Positions 27,837-38,024 are shown, numbered from the stretch's first letter. The stretch is DNA of 64,000 bases from Spirochaetaceae bacterium (GCA_051531975.1 JAOPTT010000005.1:352001-416000), one strand, 5' to 3'. Numbers and translations: made by a program. Notes: a model not told the origin generated them from the sequence alone.

Positions 27837-29114
27837 TCATACCTTTTTTTTATTACCATCTCTATATTTCCCAGGTGAAATTCCCGTTAATTTTTTAAAT
27901 ACTTTGCTAAAGTAACTTTGATCTTCGTACCCAACTAATTCAGCTATCAGTGTAAGTTGAATATTTTTGTTCGAAAGAAGATCTTTACTTTTATCAATTC
28001 GAAGTGTATTTAGATAATTAGGAAAGGATACTTTCATCTGCTCTCTAAATATCTTTCCAAAATATGAAGAACTTAAACCAACTTCTTTAGCAACTATATC
28101 TAGTGTTAATTTTTCAGTATAGTGGGCATATAGATACTGCTTTGTCTTATTTATAGTATCAGAATATTTTACTTTCTCTATATCAAAAACATAATCGACA
28201 AATCTAACCACAATTTTTGTTAACCACTCACATAGAGTATCAATACTGTTAAACTGATTTATCTCTTTTAAATAATTAAAGTTTAAACCAAATATATGTT
28301 CTATGTTGGCACCACCATCCATTGCGGCTCTAGATAGTAGTACAACAAGTTCTAAAATCCTGGATTTAATAATATCAAAGTTCTGATCTGTTGAGAAAAA
28401 AACTTCTCCTAAAAACTCATTAAGAAGTGCCTGGGCTCCCTTTTTATCTGCTATTGTTATTAATCTAAGAAGTTCTTTCTCTTTTTCTATTGGATATTCT
28501 TTGGTCTCTTTACCACCCATACTATTAAGATGATGCATGTAATCAGAGATATGAGACTGCTCTGAAGTTTGTAATTGTTCTTTTGTATATATATCGATTT
28601 TTACATCACTTATTATAGATGAGGTATACATCAATAATTGGGATAATGAAGTTAGACGCTCTGGACTAATTTGTGGGATTTTATTTAATGCAGTTTTAAC
28701 TTTTTCTAGATCAGTTTTATTTAATGTATAATTATTTAAGATTTCATTTTGAATGTAATCGTCCCTATCTATTAACAATACTGGACCACCGACCAATGCT
28801 CCCTTAACTACACCATCTTCTAATAATGGAGAGGTAAAGTGTGTAAGAGATAGAGGACAAAAATAAATATATTTACCACCATATCTAATAGCATTATCAC
28901 TACCATAAAGGTGAGTCTGTCGACAATTGATAATCTCCCCAGTAAATTTTGTTAATATTTTACAAAAGGAACAGGCATTAGAATCATTAACACTATCTAA
29001 GGATATAGTTTCTCCATTTTCATCTGTTATAAAGCATTTTATTCCTGTTGATAGTTCAAAATCTTTTGCTGCATTAAAGGCTGTCTTTAAATCTATATCT
29101 TTACTTAGGTTCAT
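27837..29114 (-). CDS. PocR sensor domain-AraC family transcriptional regulator
   Basis: N-terminal CSFC...C...YIYFCPLSL PocR pattern; C-terminal AraC double HTH (LVGYEDQSYFSKVFKKLTGISPGKYR). Confidence 0.88.
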   Translation of the reverse strand: MNLSKDIDLKTAFNAAKDFELSTGIKCFITDENGETISLDSVNDSNACSFCKILTKFTGEIINCRQTHLYGSDNAIRYGGKYIYFCPLSLTHFTSPLLEDGVVKGALVGGPVLLIDRDDYIQNEILNNYTLNKTDLEKVKTALNKIPQISPERLTSLSQLLMYTSSIISDVKIDIYTKEQLQTSEQSHISDYMHHLNSMGGKETKEYPIEKEKELLRLITIADKKGAQALLNEFLGEVFFSTDQNFDIIKSRILELVVLLSRAAMDGGANIEHIFGLNFNYLKEINQFNSIDTLCEWLTKIVVRFVDYVFDIEKVKYSDTINKTKQYLYAHYTEKLTLDIVAKEVGLSSSYFGKIFREQMKVSFPNYLNTLRIDKSKDLLSNKNIQLTLIAELVGYEDQSYFSKVFKKLTGISPGKYRDGNKKKV

Positions 29115-29180
29115 TAATATATAATATCTTATTCATTAGGTTTTACAAAGGGTATAACATAAATAGAAGGAGTTAAGTTC

Positions 29181-29504
29181 ATGGATAAAAATAACAAAGT
29201 ATATAACAAACTAGTTAGAGATAAGATTCCAGAAATTATATTAAATGTTAATAAAAAACCTATAACAAGAGTTTTATCTACTAAAGAATACGAATTTGAA
29301 CTAACTAGAAAGTTACAAGAAGAGCTTAATGAGTTTAAAGAGGATAGTAGTATAGAAGAACTTGCAGACCTACAGACAGTAATAAATGCCATTTTAATAC
29401 ATAGAAACATTGATAGGCCACAATTTGATAAGCTAATAGAAAAAAAGAACTACGAAAGAGGTGGATTTGAGAAGAGGATATTTTTGGAAACTGTTGAGGT
29501 ATAA
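29181..29504 (+). CDS. MazG-like nucleoside triphosphate pyrophosphohydrolase
   Basis: YNKLVRDKIPEII, KLQEELNEF, EELADL, ERGGFEKRIFL. Confidence 0.85.
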   Translation: MDKNNKVYNKLVRDKIPEIILNVNKKPITRVLSTKEYEFELTRKLQEELNEFKEDSSIEELADLQTVINAILIHRNIDRPQFDKLIEKKNYERGGFEKRIFLETVEV

Positions 29505-29516
29505 TTTATTTTGGGC

Positions 29517-29549
29517 AAAAAAAATACTGGCAGTGCCCAGTATTTTTTT
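29517..29549. terminator. Bidirectional intrinsic terminator
   Basis: A-tract-TACTGG/CCAGTA-T-tract between convergent genes. Confidence 0.75.
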
Positions 29550-29574
29550 AATTTTTTGAACCAACTTATATTTA

Positions 29575-30303
29575 TCAGTAAGTATGTTCAGCACCACTAA
29601 ACTCATCAAAGTCTCTTGTAAGTGTATAACTTTGTGTTAATAATACCTCATAATAAACAAAAGTATGTGAACTTGATCCATTAGCACCACTACCCATTAC
29701 AATATCTCCTGTACTAATAGTTCCATCATTATCTTCATCTACACAATATGTATATCCAAAATATTTTGTCCGGTCAAATGCAGCAGTAACTGATACTGAA
29801 ACACTACTACTTGTTGGTATTACAAAAATAGTTGATTCTACTAAATCTCCAACTATAGAATCTGAAGCTAAAACATAAGGAACTTCAAAAAACACTACTA
29901 GAAGTTGTTTATTTGGGTGTCCAGTGAAGTCACCTCCTACTGTTAACATTATCATTGGCATATTACCATCAGTAGCATCAGATGAAGATGAGTTATAGTC
30001 ACTAGCTGTAGCTTGAACCATATATCTATAGGTTAGAGTTTCATCTAAAGAATCATCAGTATATGAAGTTTCTGTTGTTTCAACAAAACTGGAAGATGTA
30101 GTTGGTTCTGTACCATCAGAAGTATAAAAGATATTATAAGATTGTGCATTTGCTACAGCACTCCAGCTTAAATCTAAACACTCTCCACCTTCTACTACAG
30201 TTACAGCACCCATGCTGCCAAGATCTTCATTTCCACCTAAATTGTCACAAGATACAATAGCTAATAACGCTATCATGCTTACAAAGAGTTTTACTAATTT
30301 CAT
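29575..30303 (-). CDS. Acidic lipoprotein with a fibronectin type III domain
   Basis: ATG 30303 after AGGAG; lipobox IVSC; FnIII pattern LSWSAVANAQSYNIFY...YTD..L....YRYMVQA; Ca-loop-like DEDNDGTISTGD. Confidence 0.75.
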   Translation of the reverse strand: MKLVKLFVSMIALLAIVSCDNLGGNEDLGSMGAVTVVEGGECLDLSWSAVANAQSYNIFYTSDGTEPTTSSSFVETTETSYTDDSLDETLTYRYMVQATASDYNSSSSDATDGNMPMIMLTVGGDFTGHPNKQLLVVFFEVPYVLASDSIVGDLVESTIFVIPTSSSVSVSVTAAFDRTKYFGYTYCVDEDNDGTISTGDIVMGSGANGSSSHTFVYYEVLLTQSYTLTRDFDEFSGAEHTY

Positions 30304-30445
30304 TTTGTCTCCTAGATTTTGAATTGTATACAAAGTACATATATTTTATTATGTCACGATTGTAACCTAGGTTATTTCATAAAGCAAGTAATAGTTTTTA
30401 TATGCAACTATTGCTCTGATAAAAAAATAGAACAAAAGTTTATAT

Positions 30446-33199
30446 CTAGTTTTTCCAACTATCTACAATATCTGACTTTTGTAAAAATGTAGAAGATAAG
30501 GAATTAGACCTAGCTCTTATTAACTCTTTTCTACCATTGCTGTTTCTAGTGTAATAAAGTTTAGATTTTCCCATATGTCTATTCCAATATTTATGAAATA
30601 TTTGTGCTTTAATCTTATTATATGCAAAAACCGATGGAACAGAGTGATAGTCTAAAGTATGTATTATAAACTTTTGTTCCCTTGTAATTAAGTATCTAGG
30701 GGTTTCTACCTGGCCAACAATCTCTGCCATAGCTTTAAGAAAGATAGATTGTTCATATACTGAGCAGTTTTTTATTTTACAGCTAATAACACCTTGGTTA
30801 TCAGAGGTAGTTTCTAAAACTACCTTTGTTGGAGATTCAAACATATCTAAAACCTTCATTGTATCTAATACGGTCAGTGCAATCTGTTTGAAACTAGACG
30901 ATATGGAACCATGTTTAAACAGAAGAATAATTGCTTTTACTGTAGGTACTAAAAATGTTAACAGGCCTATAACCCCAGAATAGGTAACTACAGTCATAAA
31001 GTTTCTAAATGAGGTATTATCACTTTTTAACATAAAAGTAATACCCTCTTGAAAGAAACTTCCAATAGTAAATAGAGCAGTGAATAGACTCTGAATTATT
31101 AAATACTTTATGGTTTTATTGAATATAAACTGTCTTTGTAATACTTTCCTTGGTGATTTAATCTCTTTTACTAAACTTCCCCCTTTTTGAGTATTAATAG
31201 CACTAAACCATCTGTCATATAACTCTTGTCTATTATTTCCTCGACATGTAACAATACTATTTAACTCTTCTGCTTTTATATTTTGAATATTAGGCAGATT
31301 TAATCTATTAATTCCGTTTGAAATTTGATTTTTTTTTGAATCTAATCCTATAAAACATTTGAATCGATTAGTTAATAATTCATAGTCATCATTATTTTCT
31401 CTATTTACAGGATCAAAACACATTAAGTGCCAAATATTAGATGTTTTATGTGGATTCGTTATATCAGTTCTAATAGCCCTACCTCTTATCTGGTTAGAGA
31501 ACATATAGGAACCAACAAAGGTTGCCATAATTAGTGAATTTATAGCTGGGCAATCCCATCCTTCCCCTAACAGAGACTTGGTACCAATTATTATGTTTAA
31601 TATACCATTTGTGAACAGGTCAGTAATAATATTTACTATTCTATTTTTTTTACTGGAAGTCAAAATGACTTCAGAAAAGTGTTCTAGGGTAGGTTTAGGT
31701 TGGAATGTAATATCAGATTCTAAAACTTTATATTTTTTAGCTGTCCTGATAAAACTATCTTTTGCAGAATTTGGAATTACAGTTATAGTTCCACTTAAAA
31801 CAACGATTTTATCAGTATAGTTAAATGATGAGTCTTTATTAGAGTTATATAAGTATTTAAAAATAGGTACAACACCAAACTTATCAATATCACTATTATG
31901 GGTTAAGACATCTTTTCTAACATAATCAGATAATACTACTAACCTTAAGTCTGATTGTAGGTTTTCATATTCACTGTCTATAATCTCTCTTATGCTTCGA
32001 AATTTCGATAAACTACTACATAAAAGCTTCTTAAATCCATCTTTTTTAGTTAATACAACCCTCTTTTTTTCAATTACCCCTGATTTTTTTAAATCAAATT
32101 TAACAGATTTTATTAGATCATGGTCTTTTAAAACAGTATCTTTAAAAATGGCATTAGATAATAGAACCTCAAACCATTTAGCAGAGAATATTGGAATATT
32201 CTTTTTATCCATACCAATAAACTTTTGTAATTTTGTATAATTTAAGTTGTTTTTGTAATTCAAAAAAACTATAAAGCTTGCATAATATTCGATATTATCA
32301 AAAATTTGTTCACTATAAACCTCAGGATCTAAAATAGCAGGATGATTAATAATCATATCTTCAAAACTTTGATTATTTAATATCTCATTAATAACTGCAT
32401 CTACTTTAGTATAAAAGTTATTTAAAATAACACCTTCATTATTTGTTGGTTCTGAAAAGTAAATTAGATCTTGGTGTGGGCAGAGGCTTTTTTCTTTAAC
32501 TAGTTCAGGTACAGAAATTTCAGCATCTATTGGTCCACAAAGTTCTAAATATCTTTGCCATTCTAGAGCAGAACTATCGTAGGGAGGTGTCGCAGTTAAG
32601 GATACTATTTTAATATTAACTAAACCTTTTACTACCTTCATTAAACTTTTCCACCAGGCAGTTTTTAAGTGATGTGCCTCGTCTAAAACTAGGACCTCAA
32701 TTTTATTATCTATTAGTGTTTTAATTAGATTAAAATTATTAGTGCCAGTCTCCTCGGTTACGCTTAACAAGCCTTCCTGATCGTCGGCTTGATCCTGATC
32801 GTCGGCTTGATCCTGATCGTCGGCTTGATCTTCGTCGGCGATTTCATCTAACAAGCCTTCCTCGCCGTCGGCTTGATGCACTGAGTGTAGAGACTGATAT
32901 GTGGTAGATGTAATATATTTAGGCTCTTTTAACAGTAGGGAGTAGTCAGAAAAATTGCCATCACAAAATAATTCTACAAACCTATCAATCCACTGATTAC
33001 GTATAGTAATTGTAGGAGATAATATTAGTGTTGGTCTATTTAATTTTCTAACCACTTCTAATCCAAGAACTGTTTTACCTGAACCAGGTGGTGCAATAAT
33101 ATGTAGTTTATCATCAACTAGATGTTTATCAATCTCATCTAATACTCTCTTCTGATAAGATCTCCAGCTGTATTTAAACTTTATATCCTTATTAAACAA
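30446..33199 (-). CDS. Superfamily 2 DEAH helicase (ResIII/XPB-like) with C-terminal hydrophobic helices
   Basis: WRSYQ, Walker A APPGSGKT, DEAH, TATP, LLGEGWDCP, QIRGRAIR; TTG start overlaps the upstream gene by 8 nt. Confidence 0.9.
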   Translation of the reverse strand: MFNKDIKFKYSWRSYQKRVLDEIDKHLVDDKLHIIAPPGSGKTVLGLEVVRKLNRPTLILSPTITIRNQWIDRFVELFCDGNFSDYSLLLKEPKYITSTTYQSLHSVHQADGEEGLLDEIADEDQADDQDQADDQDQADDQEGLLSVTEETGTNNFNLIKTLIDNKIEVLVLDEAHHLKTAWWKSLMKVVKGLVNIKIVSLTATPPYDSSALEWQRYLELCGPIDAEISVPELVKEKSLCPHQDLIYFSEPTNNEGVILNNFYTKVDAVINEILNNQSFEDMIINHPAILDPEVYSEQIFDNIEYYASFIVFLNYKNNLNYTKLQKFIGMDKKNIPIFSAKWFEVLLSNAIFKDTVLKDHDLIKSVKFDLKKSGVIEKKRVVLTKKDGFKKLLCSSLSKFRSIREIIDSEYENLQSDLRLVVLSDYVRKDVLTHNSDIDKFGVVPIFKYLYNSNKDSSFNYTDKIVVLSGTITVIPNSAKDSFIRTAKKYKVLESDITFQPKPTLEHFSEVILTSSKKNRIVNIITDLFTNGILNIIIGTKSLLGEGWDCPAINSLIMATFVGSYMFSNQIRGRAIRTDITNPHKTSNIWHLMCFDPVNRENNDDYELLTNRFKCFIGLDSKKNQISNGINRLNLPNIQNIKAEELNSIVTCRGNNRQELYDRWFSAINTQKGGSLVKEIKSPRKVLQRQFIFNKTIKYLIIQSLFTALFTIGSFFQEGITFMLKSDNTSFRNFMTVVTYSGVIGLLTFLVPTVKAIILLFKHGSISSSFKQIALTVLDTMKVLDMFESPTKVVLETTSDNQGVISCKIKNCSVYEQSIFLKAMAEIVGQVETPRYLITREQKFIIHTLDYHSVPSVFAYNKIKAQIFHKYWNRHMGKSKLYYTRNSNGRKELIRARSNSLSSTFLQKSDIVDSWKN
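32765..32877. repeat. GC-rich in-frame tandem repeat: 3 x 18 bp plus an imperfect 29-bp direct repeat
   Basis: TCCTGATCGTCGGCTTGA at 32775, 32793 and 32811; TAACAAGCCTTCCT-NNN-CGTCGGCTTGAT at 32765 and 32849. Encodes DQADDQ repeats and EGLL twice. Confidence 0.95.
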
Positions 33200-34139
33200 C
33201 TTCTATATAACCAAAATTATTTAAGATCTCAATTTTTTCAATAGCCAATATAGCTTTCCACCAGTTTTCACTTATGGCAAATTCTTTACTGTATTTTTTT
33301 TGGTTATCATACCAGCTCCATGTAATACCCCAGACGCTATTTTTGGGTAGTGTAGTCACTAAATATTCTAGCTCTTTATCTAAAATCTCTCTGTTTGCCT
33401 CATAAAATATACTCTGAGGGGAAGTTATATATTTAGTTGGTCTAACACCGTAAACAGCCCATTTAGATATATCGTATTCTATAGATTCTGTGACTAAACT
33501 AGCTAATTTTTTATTTAACAATGTATAAGTATTATTATGTACAATATTTTTGTTTTTTATAGAATCTAACAGTGATGAAAACCCACCTATAGCCATTTCT
33601 CCTAGTTTTGTCTGCTTATCAAGTTTTGATAATAAACCCTTTGTTAATTCCTCTGCCAAAATATATAGTTCATCTTGCTTACCTAGACTATCTAGAAGAA
33701 ATGAACACAGTTCAGCAGTTAAACCAATATTTTCTGTCTCATTACTTTTAGAATCAAAACCCCACCAAGGAGCGTGGGGAGCATTATCATTAGATTTCAC
33801 ACTAAAGTTCCATCCATTTTTTACTGTGAACTCAGATCTACGACCTAAATATTTTAATATATCTTGGTACATAGGGTGTTTATAATCTTTAAAACCGATC
33901 TTATTTAATATTGAAATTGCATGGTAAGTTGTATAGGGAGTAGAACTACTGTTCCAACTATCTGGTTCTAAACAGTTACCAAATCCACCATCAGAGTTCT
34001 GATAATGTCCTAACTCTGAAATAACACTCTCTTTAGTTCCATTTTCAAAAAGACATAACCATATAGACATCTCTAAAGGTCTACTGTTTAAGTGCATCCA
34101 TGTTTTAACTTCCTGATAGTTCGTTGTACTTAGTTTCAT
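33192..34139 (-). CDS. Conserved hypothetical protein, prenyltransferase/squalene-cyclase-like repeat
   Basis: YQNSDGGFGNCLEPD and HAPWW motifs. Confidence 0.6.
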   Translation of the reverse strand: MKLSTTNYQEVKTWMHLNSRPLEMSIWLCLFENGTKESVISELGHYQNSDGGFGNCLEPDSWNSSSTPYTTYHAISILNKIGFKDYKHPMYQDILKYLGRRSEFTVKNGWNFSVKSNDNAPHAPWWGFDSKSNETENIGLTAELCSFLLDSLGKQDELYILAEELTKGLLSKLDKQTKLGEMAIGGFSSLLDSIKNKNIVHNNTYTLLNKKLASLVTESIEYDISKWAVYGVRPTKYITSPQSIFYEANREILDKELEYLVTTLPKNSVWGITWSWYDNQKKYSKEFAISENWWKAILAIEKIEILNNFGYIEVV

Positions 34140-34159
34140 AATCTCTCCATTTTTATACT

Positions 34160-34870
34160 TTAATTATCTTTAACCCACCATAAAGTATCAAAATAACTAA
34201 ACATAATTAATTTATCTCTGAATAATAAACATGGTAATGTGAATTCCCTGGTGGAATCTTCTAGTAGATTAGTATTAAAATTTAATTCTTTAGTATATAT
34301 AAATGTAACATTGATACCATCGATAGTAATAGTTCCCTCAGAATCAATTGCACCATCTTGATATCCTACAAATACGTTATCTGTAAATATAAATCCAGTA
34401 AGAGGATCTGAAGACTGATCAACCCATATCCATGTACCTTCAAATGATAGATCTCCATTATCCCAAACATTGTCAGTACCTTCTTTTTTTAGAAAAAAGG
34501 CAGTTTCAGAAGTTTCGTCAGATAATATTAAATTATTATTATTAACAAAATAATCAAATGATCCACCAAGTTCAACCAAAGTTAAATAATTTTCATTTCT
34601 TGTTAAAGTGCCTTCATATGTATCTGAATCTGTTTCAGTATTCGAAGAATCATAATCTTTCATAGTCATTATATAAGTGGTTTCAGTAAATACAATATTA
34701 GTATGTTCAGTTGTATTATCATCATTCGTTTTTATTTGGCTCCAAGTACCAATATAGGCTACAGTCTGATCAACGGTGTTTTGATCATCTGAATCTTGAT
34801 CATCCCATATAAAATTGTCACATGATGTAAATAGGACAATAGTCATTAGTATTAATATAAGTTTTTTCAA
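34160..34870 (-). CDS. Hypothetical acidic lipoprotein with two lipocalin-like (GTW) modules
   Basis: TTG 34870 behind GGAGG gives MKKLILILMTIVLFTSC (lipobox); internal repeat YIGTW...F.E..Y / FEGTW...F.D..F. Confidence 0.68.
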   Translation of the reverse strand: MKKLILILMTIVLFTSCDNFIWDDQDSDDQNTVDQTVAYIGTWSQIKTNDDNTTEHTNIVFTETTYIMTMKDYDSSNTETDSDTYEGTLTRNENYLTLVELGGSFDYFVNNNNLILSDETSETAFFLKKEGTDNVWDNGDLSFEGTWIWVDQSSDPLTGFIFTDNVFVGYQDGAIDSEGTITIDGINVTFIYTKELNFNTNLLEDSTREFTLPCLLFRDKLIMFSYFDTLWWVKDN

Positions 34871-35007
34871 TATATCCTCCAATATAAAGTTATAGTCGCA
34901 TTGTAATTGTGAATATGGATTAAGTAAATTCAAATAATTTTTGTAATATTGTTTAAATCTAACTAATTATTCAGTGTTACAACCTAAATTCATTATATTC
35001 ACATGTA

Positions 35008-35790
35008 TTACGAACTAATTACCTCTTCTATTAAACTTATAGAATCCTTTAAAAACCTAATTGCTTCTTCATCAGATGTTACCTTGTTTCTTGTGGGGTT
35101 CTCAAAGTCATATTCTAGGGTTATGGGATATAAATAGTTATCATCCTTTAGTGTCTGTATAAACTCTTTAATAGGTAAAACCCCATGACCTAATACCTTA
35201 TGCTCATTACCATTAGAGAAGTCACTTAGATGAATATTTCTAATGTGGTTTTTAAACAAGTTATACTCATCAATTATACTTTTATTGTATGTTGCTGTAT
35301 GGGTAGTATCGTAAGTCATATAGCAGTTGTTTTCTGATAAAAACTTAATTAACTCTTCTGGATTTTGGTGCTTAGTTTTTAGCTCCATTACAGGTAGGTT
35401 TTCTGTACAAATAAACTTCTTAGAAGATTTACTAAAGGTTACCATATTATTGAAATGGCTATCATCATTATGAGTTTTATCATCTTTTTTATAAAAAAAG
35501 TGACTTACTAGAATGTTAGTATCTAATACATTTGCGTATTCTATCCCTTTCTTTATCCAATACTCCTCAGTTTCACCTCTGTCATAGGCGATAAATGTTA
35601 AGGGTAAGTGTATTGAAGTTACTTTTAGATCTCGTTTTTTTATCTCTTTTTCTATTTCTGAAATATCCACATCTATAAATGCCTGATTCAAGAAAAGCTC
35701 AATATTTTTACAACCTGTTGCAGCTATAATATCTAATATTTCGATATGATTTTTTTTGTAATATAGTCCTGTTGATATTGATATTTCCAT
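35008..35790 (-). CDS. Sugar phosphate isomerase/epimerase family TIM barrel
   Basis: IEL, SIHLP, TENLP, TYDTTH, NIHLSD, H..LG.G, ITLE metal-binding motifs. Confidence 0.82.
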   Translation of the reverse strand: MEISISTGLYYKKNHIEILDIIAATGCKNIELFLNQAFIDVDISEIEKEIKKRDLKVTSIHLPLTFIAYDRGETEEYWIKKGIEYANVLDTNILVSHFFYKKDDKTHNDDSHFNNMVTFSKSSKKFICTENLPVMELKTKHQNPEELIKFLSENNCYMTYDTTHTATYNKSIIDEYNLFKNHIRNIHLSDFSNGNEHKVLGHGVLPIKEFIQTLKDDNYLYPITLEYDFENPTRNKVTSDEEAIRFLKDSISLIEEVISS

Positions 35791-35918
35791 TATACTTCCT
35801 TACTTTTTAAAAGAATAAGATATAAAGAGAATTCTTACAATTAAATATTTTTTTGAAGATCTTTTACTAAAGTTATAATAAATTGTAATATTACTAAAAA
35901 TAAAAATATGAGGTAAAA

Positions 35919-36899
35919 ATGGAACTATTAAAACCAGGAGATTGCATAGGAATCTTCTCCCCATCGTCTGCAACTACAGCAAGTGCTCCAAACAGATTTA
36001 AAAGAGGTAAAGCTTATTTAGAATCAAAGGGATTTAAGGTTAAAGAGGGAAGTTTAACTGGTAAAAGTGACTATTATAGATCTGGTTCCATAAAAGAGAG
36101 GGTTCAAGAACTAAATGACTTAATAAACGACCCTGAAGTTAAATGTATTATGTCTACTAGTGGTGGTATGAACTCTAATTCCCTATTACCTTATATTGAT
36201 TATGAAGCTTTAAAAAAGAATCCAAAAATGATAATTGGATATTCAGATGTAACTGCAATATTATTAGCTATATATGAAAAAACTGGGATAACAACATATT
36301 ATGGTCCTGCGTTGGTTGCATCTTTTGGTGAGTTACCAGCTTTTGTTGATTCTACTTATAAATATTTTGAAGATGTTTTAGTTCATGGCTTAAACAGTCC
36401 CCATATTCTACCAACTCCAGAACATTGGACTGATGAATTTATAAACTGGGAAGAGCAGGATAGGTCAAAATCCAAAACTGAGAACAAACTATTAACAGTT
36501 TACCCAGGTAAAGTTACTGGAAGGTTAATAGGTGGAAACCTAAATACAATCCAAGGTCTATGGGGTAGTGAATATATGCCAGAAATCAGAGATGGTGATA
36601 TTCTTTTCATAGAAGATTCACTAAAAGAACCTGCAACTTTAGAGAGAAGTTTCTCCTTGTTAAAGGTAAACGAGATATTTGATAAAATATCAGGGATTAT
36701 TCTAGGAAAACATGAACTATTTAACGACATGGGAACAGGTAAAAAACCTTATGAAATACTACTTGAAGTATTAAATGGGCAAGAAATGCCTTTCTTAGCA
36801 GAGTTTGACTGTTGTCATACACATCCAATGTTAACTATTCCAATAGGTTGTAATGTAGAACTAGATGCCACTAATAAAACTGTTACTGTATTAAGTTAG
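35919..36899 (+). CDS. S66 peptidase, MccF-like (LD-carboxypeptidase/microcin C7 immunity family)
   Basis: GGMNSNSLLPY, catalytic GYSD, GGNL, LFIED, DCCHTHP. Confidence 0.9.
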   Translation: MELLKPGDCIGIFSPSSATTASAPNRFKRGKAYLESKGFKVKEGSLTGKSDYYRSGSIKERVQELNDLINDPEVKCIMSTSGGMNSNSLLPYIDYEALKKNPKMIIGYSDVTAILLAIYEKTGITTYYGPALVASFGELPAFVDSTYKYFEDVLVHGLNSPHILPTPEHWTDEFINWEEQDRSKSKTENKLLTVYPGKVTGRLIGGNLNTIQGLWGSEYMPEIRDGDILFIEDSLKEPATLERSFSLLKVNEIFDKISGIILGKHELFNDMGTGKKPYEILLEVLNGQEMPFLAEFDCCHTHPMLTIPIGCNVELDATNKTVTVLS

Positions 36900-37088
36900 T
36901 TTAGATATTTAAAATAGATAATAATTAGAAGCTCAAAGATATGTAATTAATTTGAAGATATTATCAATTTATACCGGTTTTTAAAATTTGTATATAGTTT
37001 TTTTTACTCAAATAAATTGTGTTAATTACCTATATAAAGAACCTCCTATTAATACATAAAATACTTATAAACAGATAGGAGGTTTAAG

Positions 37089-37958
37089 ATGATTCAGAAA
37101 GTAATAATAAATATTATTTGTGATAATAACTCAGTAATTGGGGAACAGTTTGGTAATAGTGGTTACTCAGTGATAATAGAGTGTAAAACAACTAATAATA
37201 ACGTTACAAAATATCTATTTGATACTGGGGTAAGTGCAGATGTTTTACAAAGAAACTTAACAGAGTTAAAGATAGACCTATCTGATGTAAAACATATAAT
37301 TCTAAGCCATGGGCATTTCGATCACACTGGTGGATTAACTCATGCGTTAAAACAGTGCCATAAAGATGTAATTGTTTATTGTCACCCTGATACCTTAATC
37401 GAAAAAGTATTAAATCCAAATAAAGAAAATGAAATGTCTGTTGGTATAACAGCAACTAACGATATAGAAGAGTTAACTAAAAAATATAGTTTTATTACAT
37501 CGGTAGATAAGTTTAATATAGATGAAAATATTTGGTTAACTGGGCAGATAGACAAAACTAATAACTTAGAAAAGATTTCAGGGCATCTACTATCTGTAGT
37601 TAAAAAAGTTAATCACTGTGAAGTTTTTGATAACATATCAGAAGATATTTCTTTGGTAATTAATATGGTTAACAATGAAAAAATTATAATCTGTGGCTGT
37701 TGTCATTCCGGTATAGTCAATACTACTGACCATGTAAAAAAGATATCTGACAATAATATAGTAGGCATTGTAGGTGGTTTACAACTTCATCAAGCATCAA
37801 AAGAGTTACTGTTATTTACAAACAGAGAACTTAATAAGTTACCATTAAAAATTATATACCCATTACACAGTTCTGGAGATCTTGGATTTAACAGTTTAAA
37901 TGAAGAGATGCCAAAGATATGTAACAGTGGTGGGGTAGGTACTCAAATTAACATATAA
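37089..37958 (+). CDS. Metallo-beta-lactamase-fold hydrolase
   Basis: LFDTG, LSHGHFDHTGGL (HxHxDH), GCCHSG.VN. Confidence 0.85.
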   Translation: MIQKVIINIICDNNSVIGEQFGNSGYSVIIECKTTNNNVTKYLFDTGVSADVLQRNLTELKIDLSDVKHIILSHGHFDHTGGLTHALKQCHKDVIVYCHPDTLIEKVLNPNKENEMSVGITATNDIEELTKKYSFITSVDKFNIDENIWLTGQIDKTNNLEKISGHLLSVVKKVNHCEVFDNISEDISLVINMVNNEKIIICGCCHSGIVNTTDHVKKISDNNIVGIVGGLQLHQASKELLLFTNRELNKLPLKIIYPLHSSGDLGFNSLNEEMPKICNSGGVGTQINI

Positions 37959-38014
37959 TTGACTTTAACAGGCTATAAGCGTATAAATATACGGTATTTA
38001 TGATATTTTATACG
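37959..38014 (+). promoter_or_regulatory. argC promoter with tandem ARG-box-like sites
   Basis: TTGACT-17-TATAAA; palindromic CGTATAAATATACG at 37980 and TGATATTTTATACG at 38001, 21 bp apart. Confidence 0.55.
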
Positions 38015-38024
38015 CGGAGTTAGT

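Noticed and set aside
30363..30374. Perfect 12-bp palindrome TAACCTAGGTTA upstream of the FnIII lipoprotein
   Set aside because: Single occurrence, no associated regulator, plausible by chance in 64 kb.
32775..32828. Tandem repeat considered as a CRISPR array
   Set aside because: Units are contiguous with no spacers, in frame within a gene, and no cas genes are present.
30446..33199. Type III restriction-modification system
   Set aside because: No Mod methyltransferase nearby and no evident PD-(D/E)xK nuclease motif.
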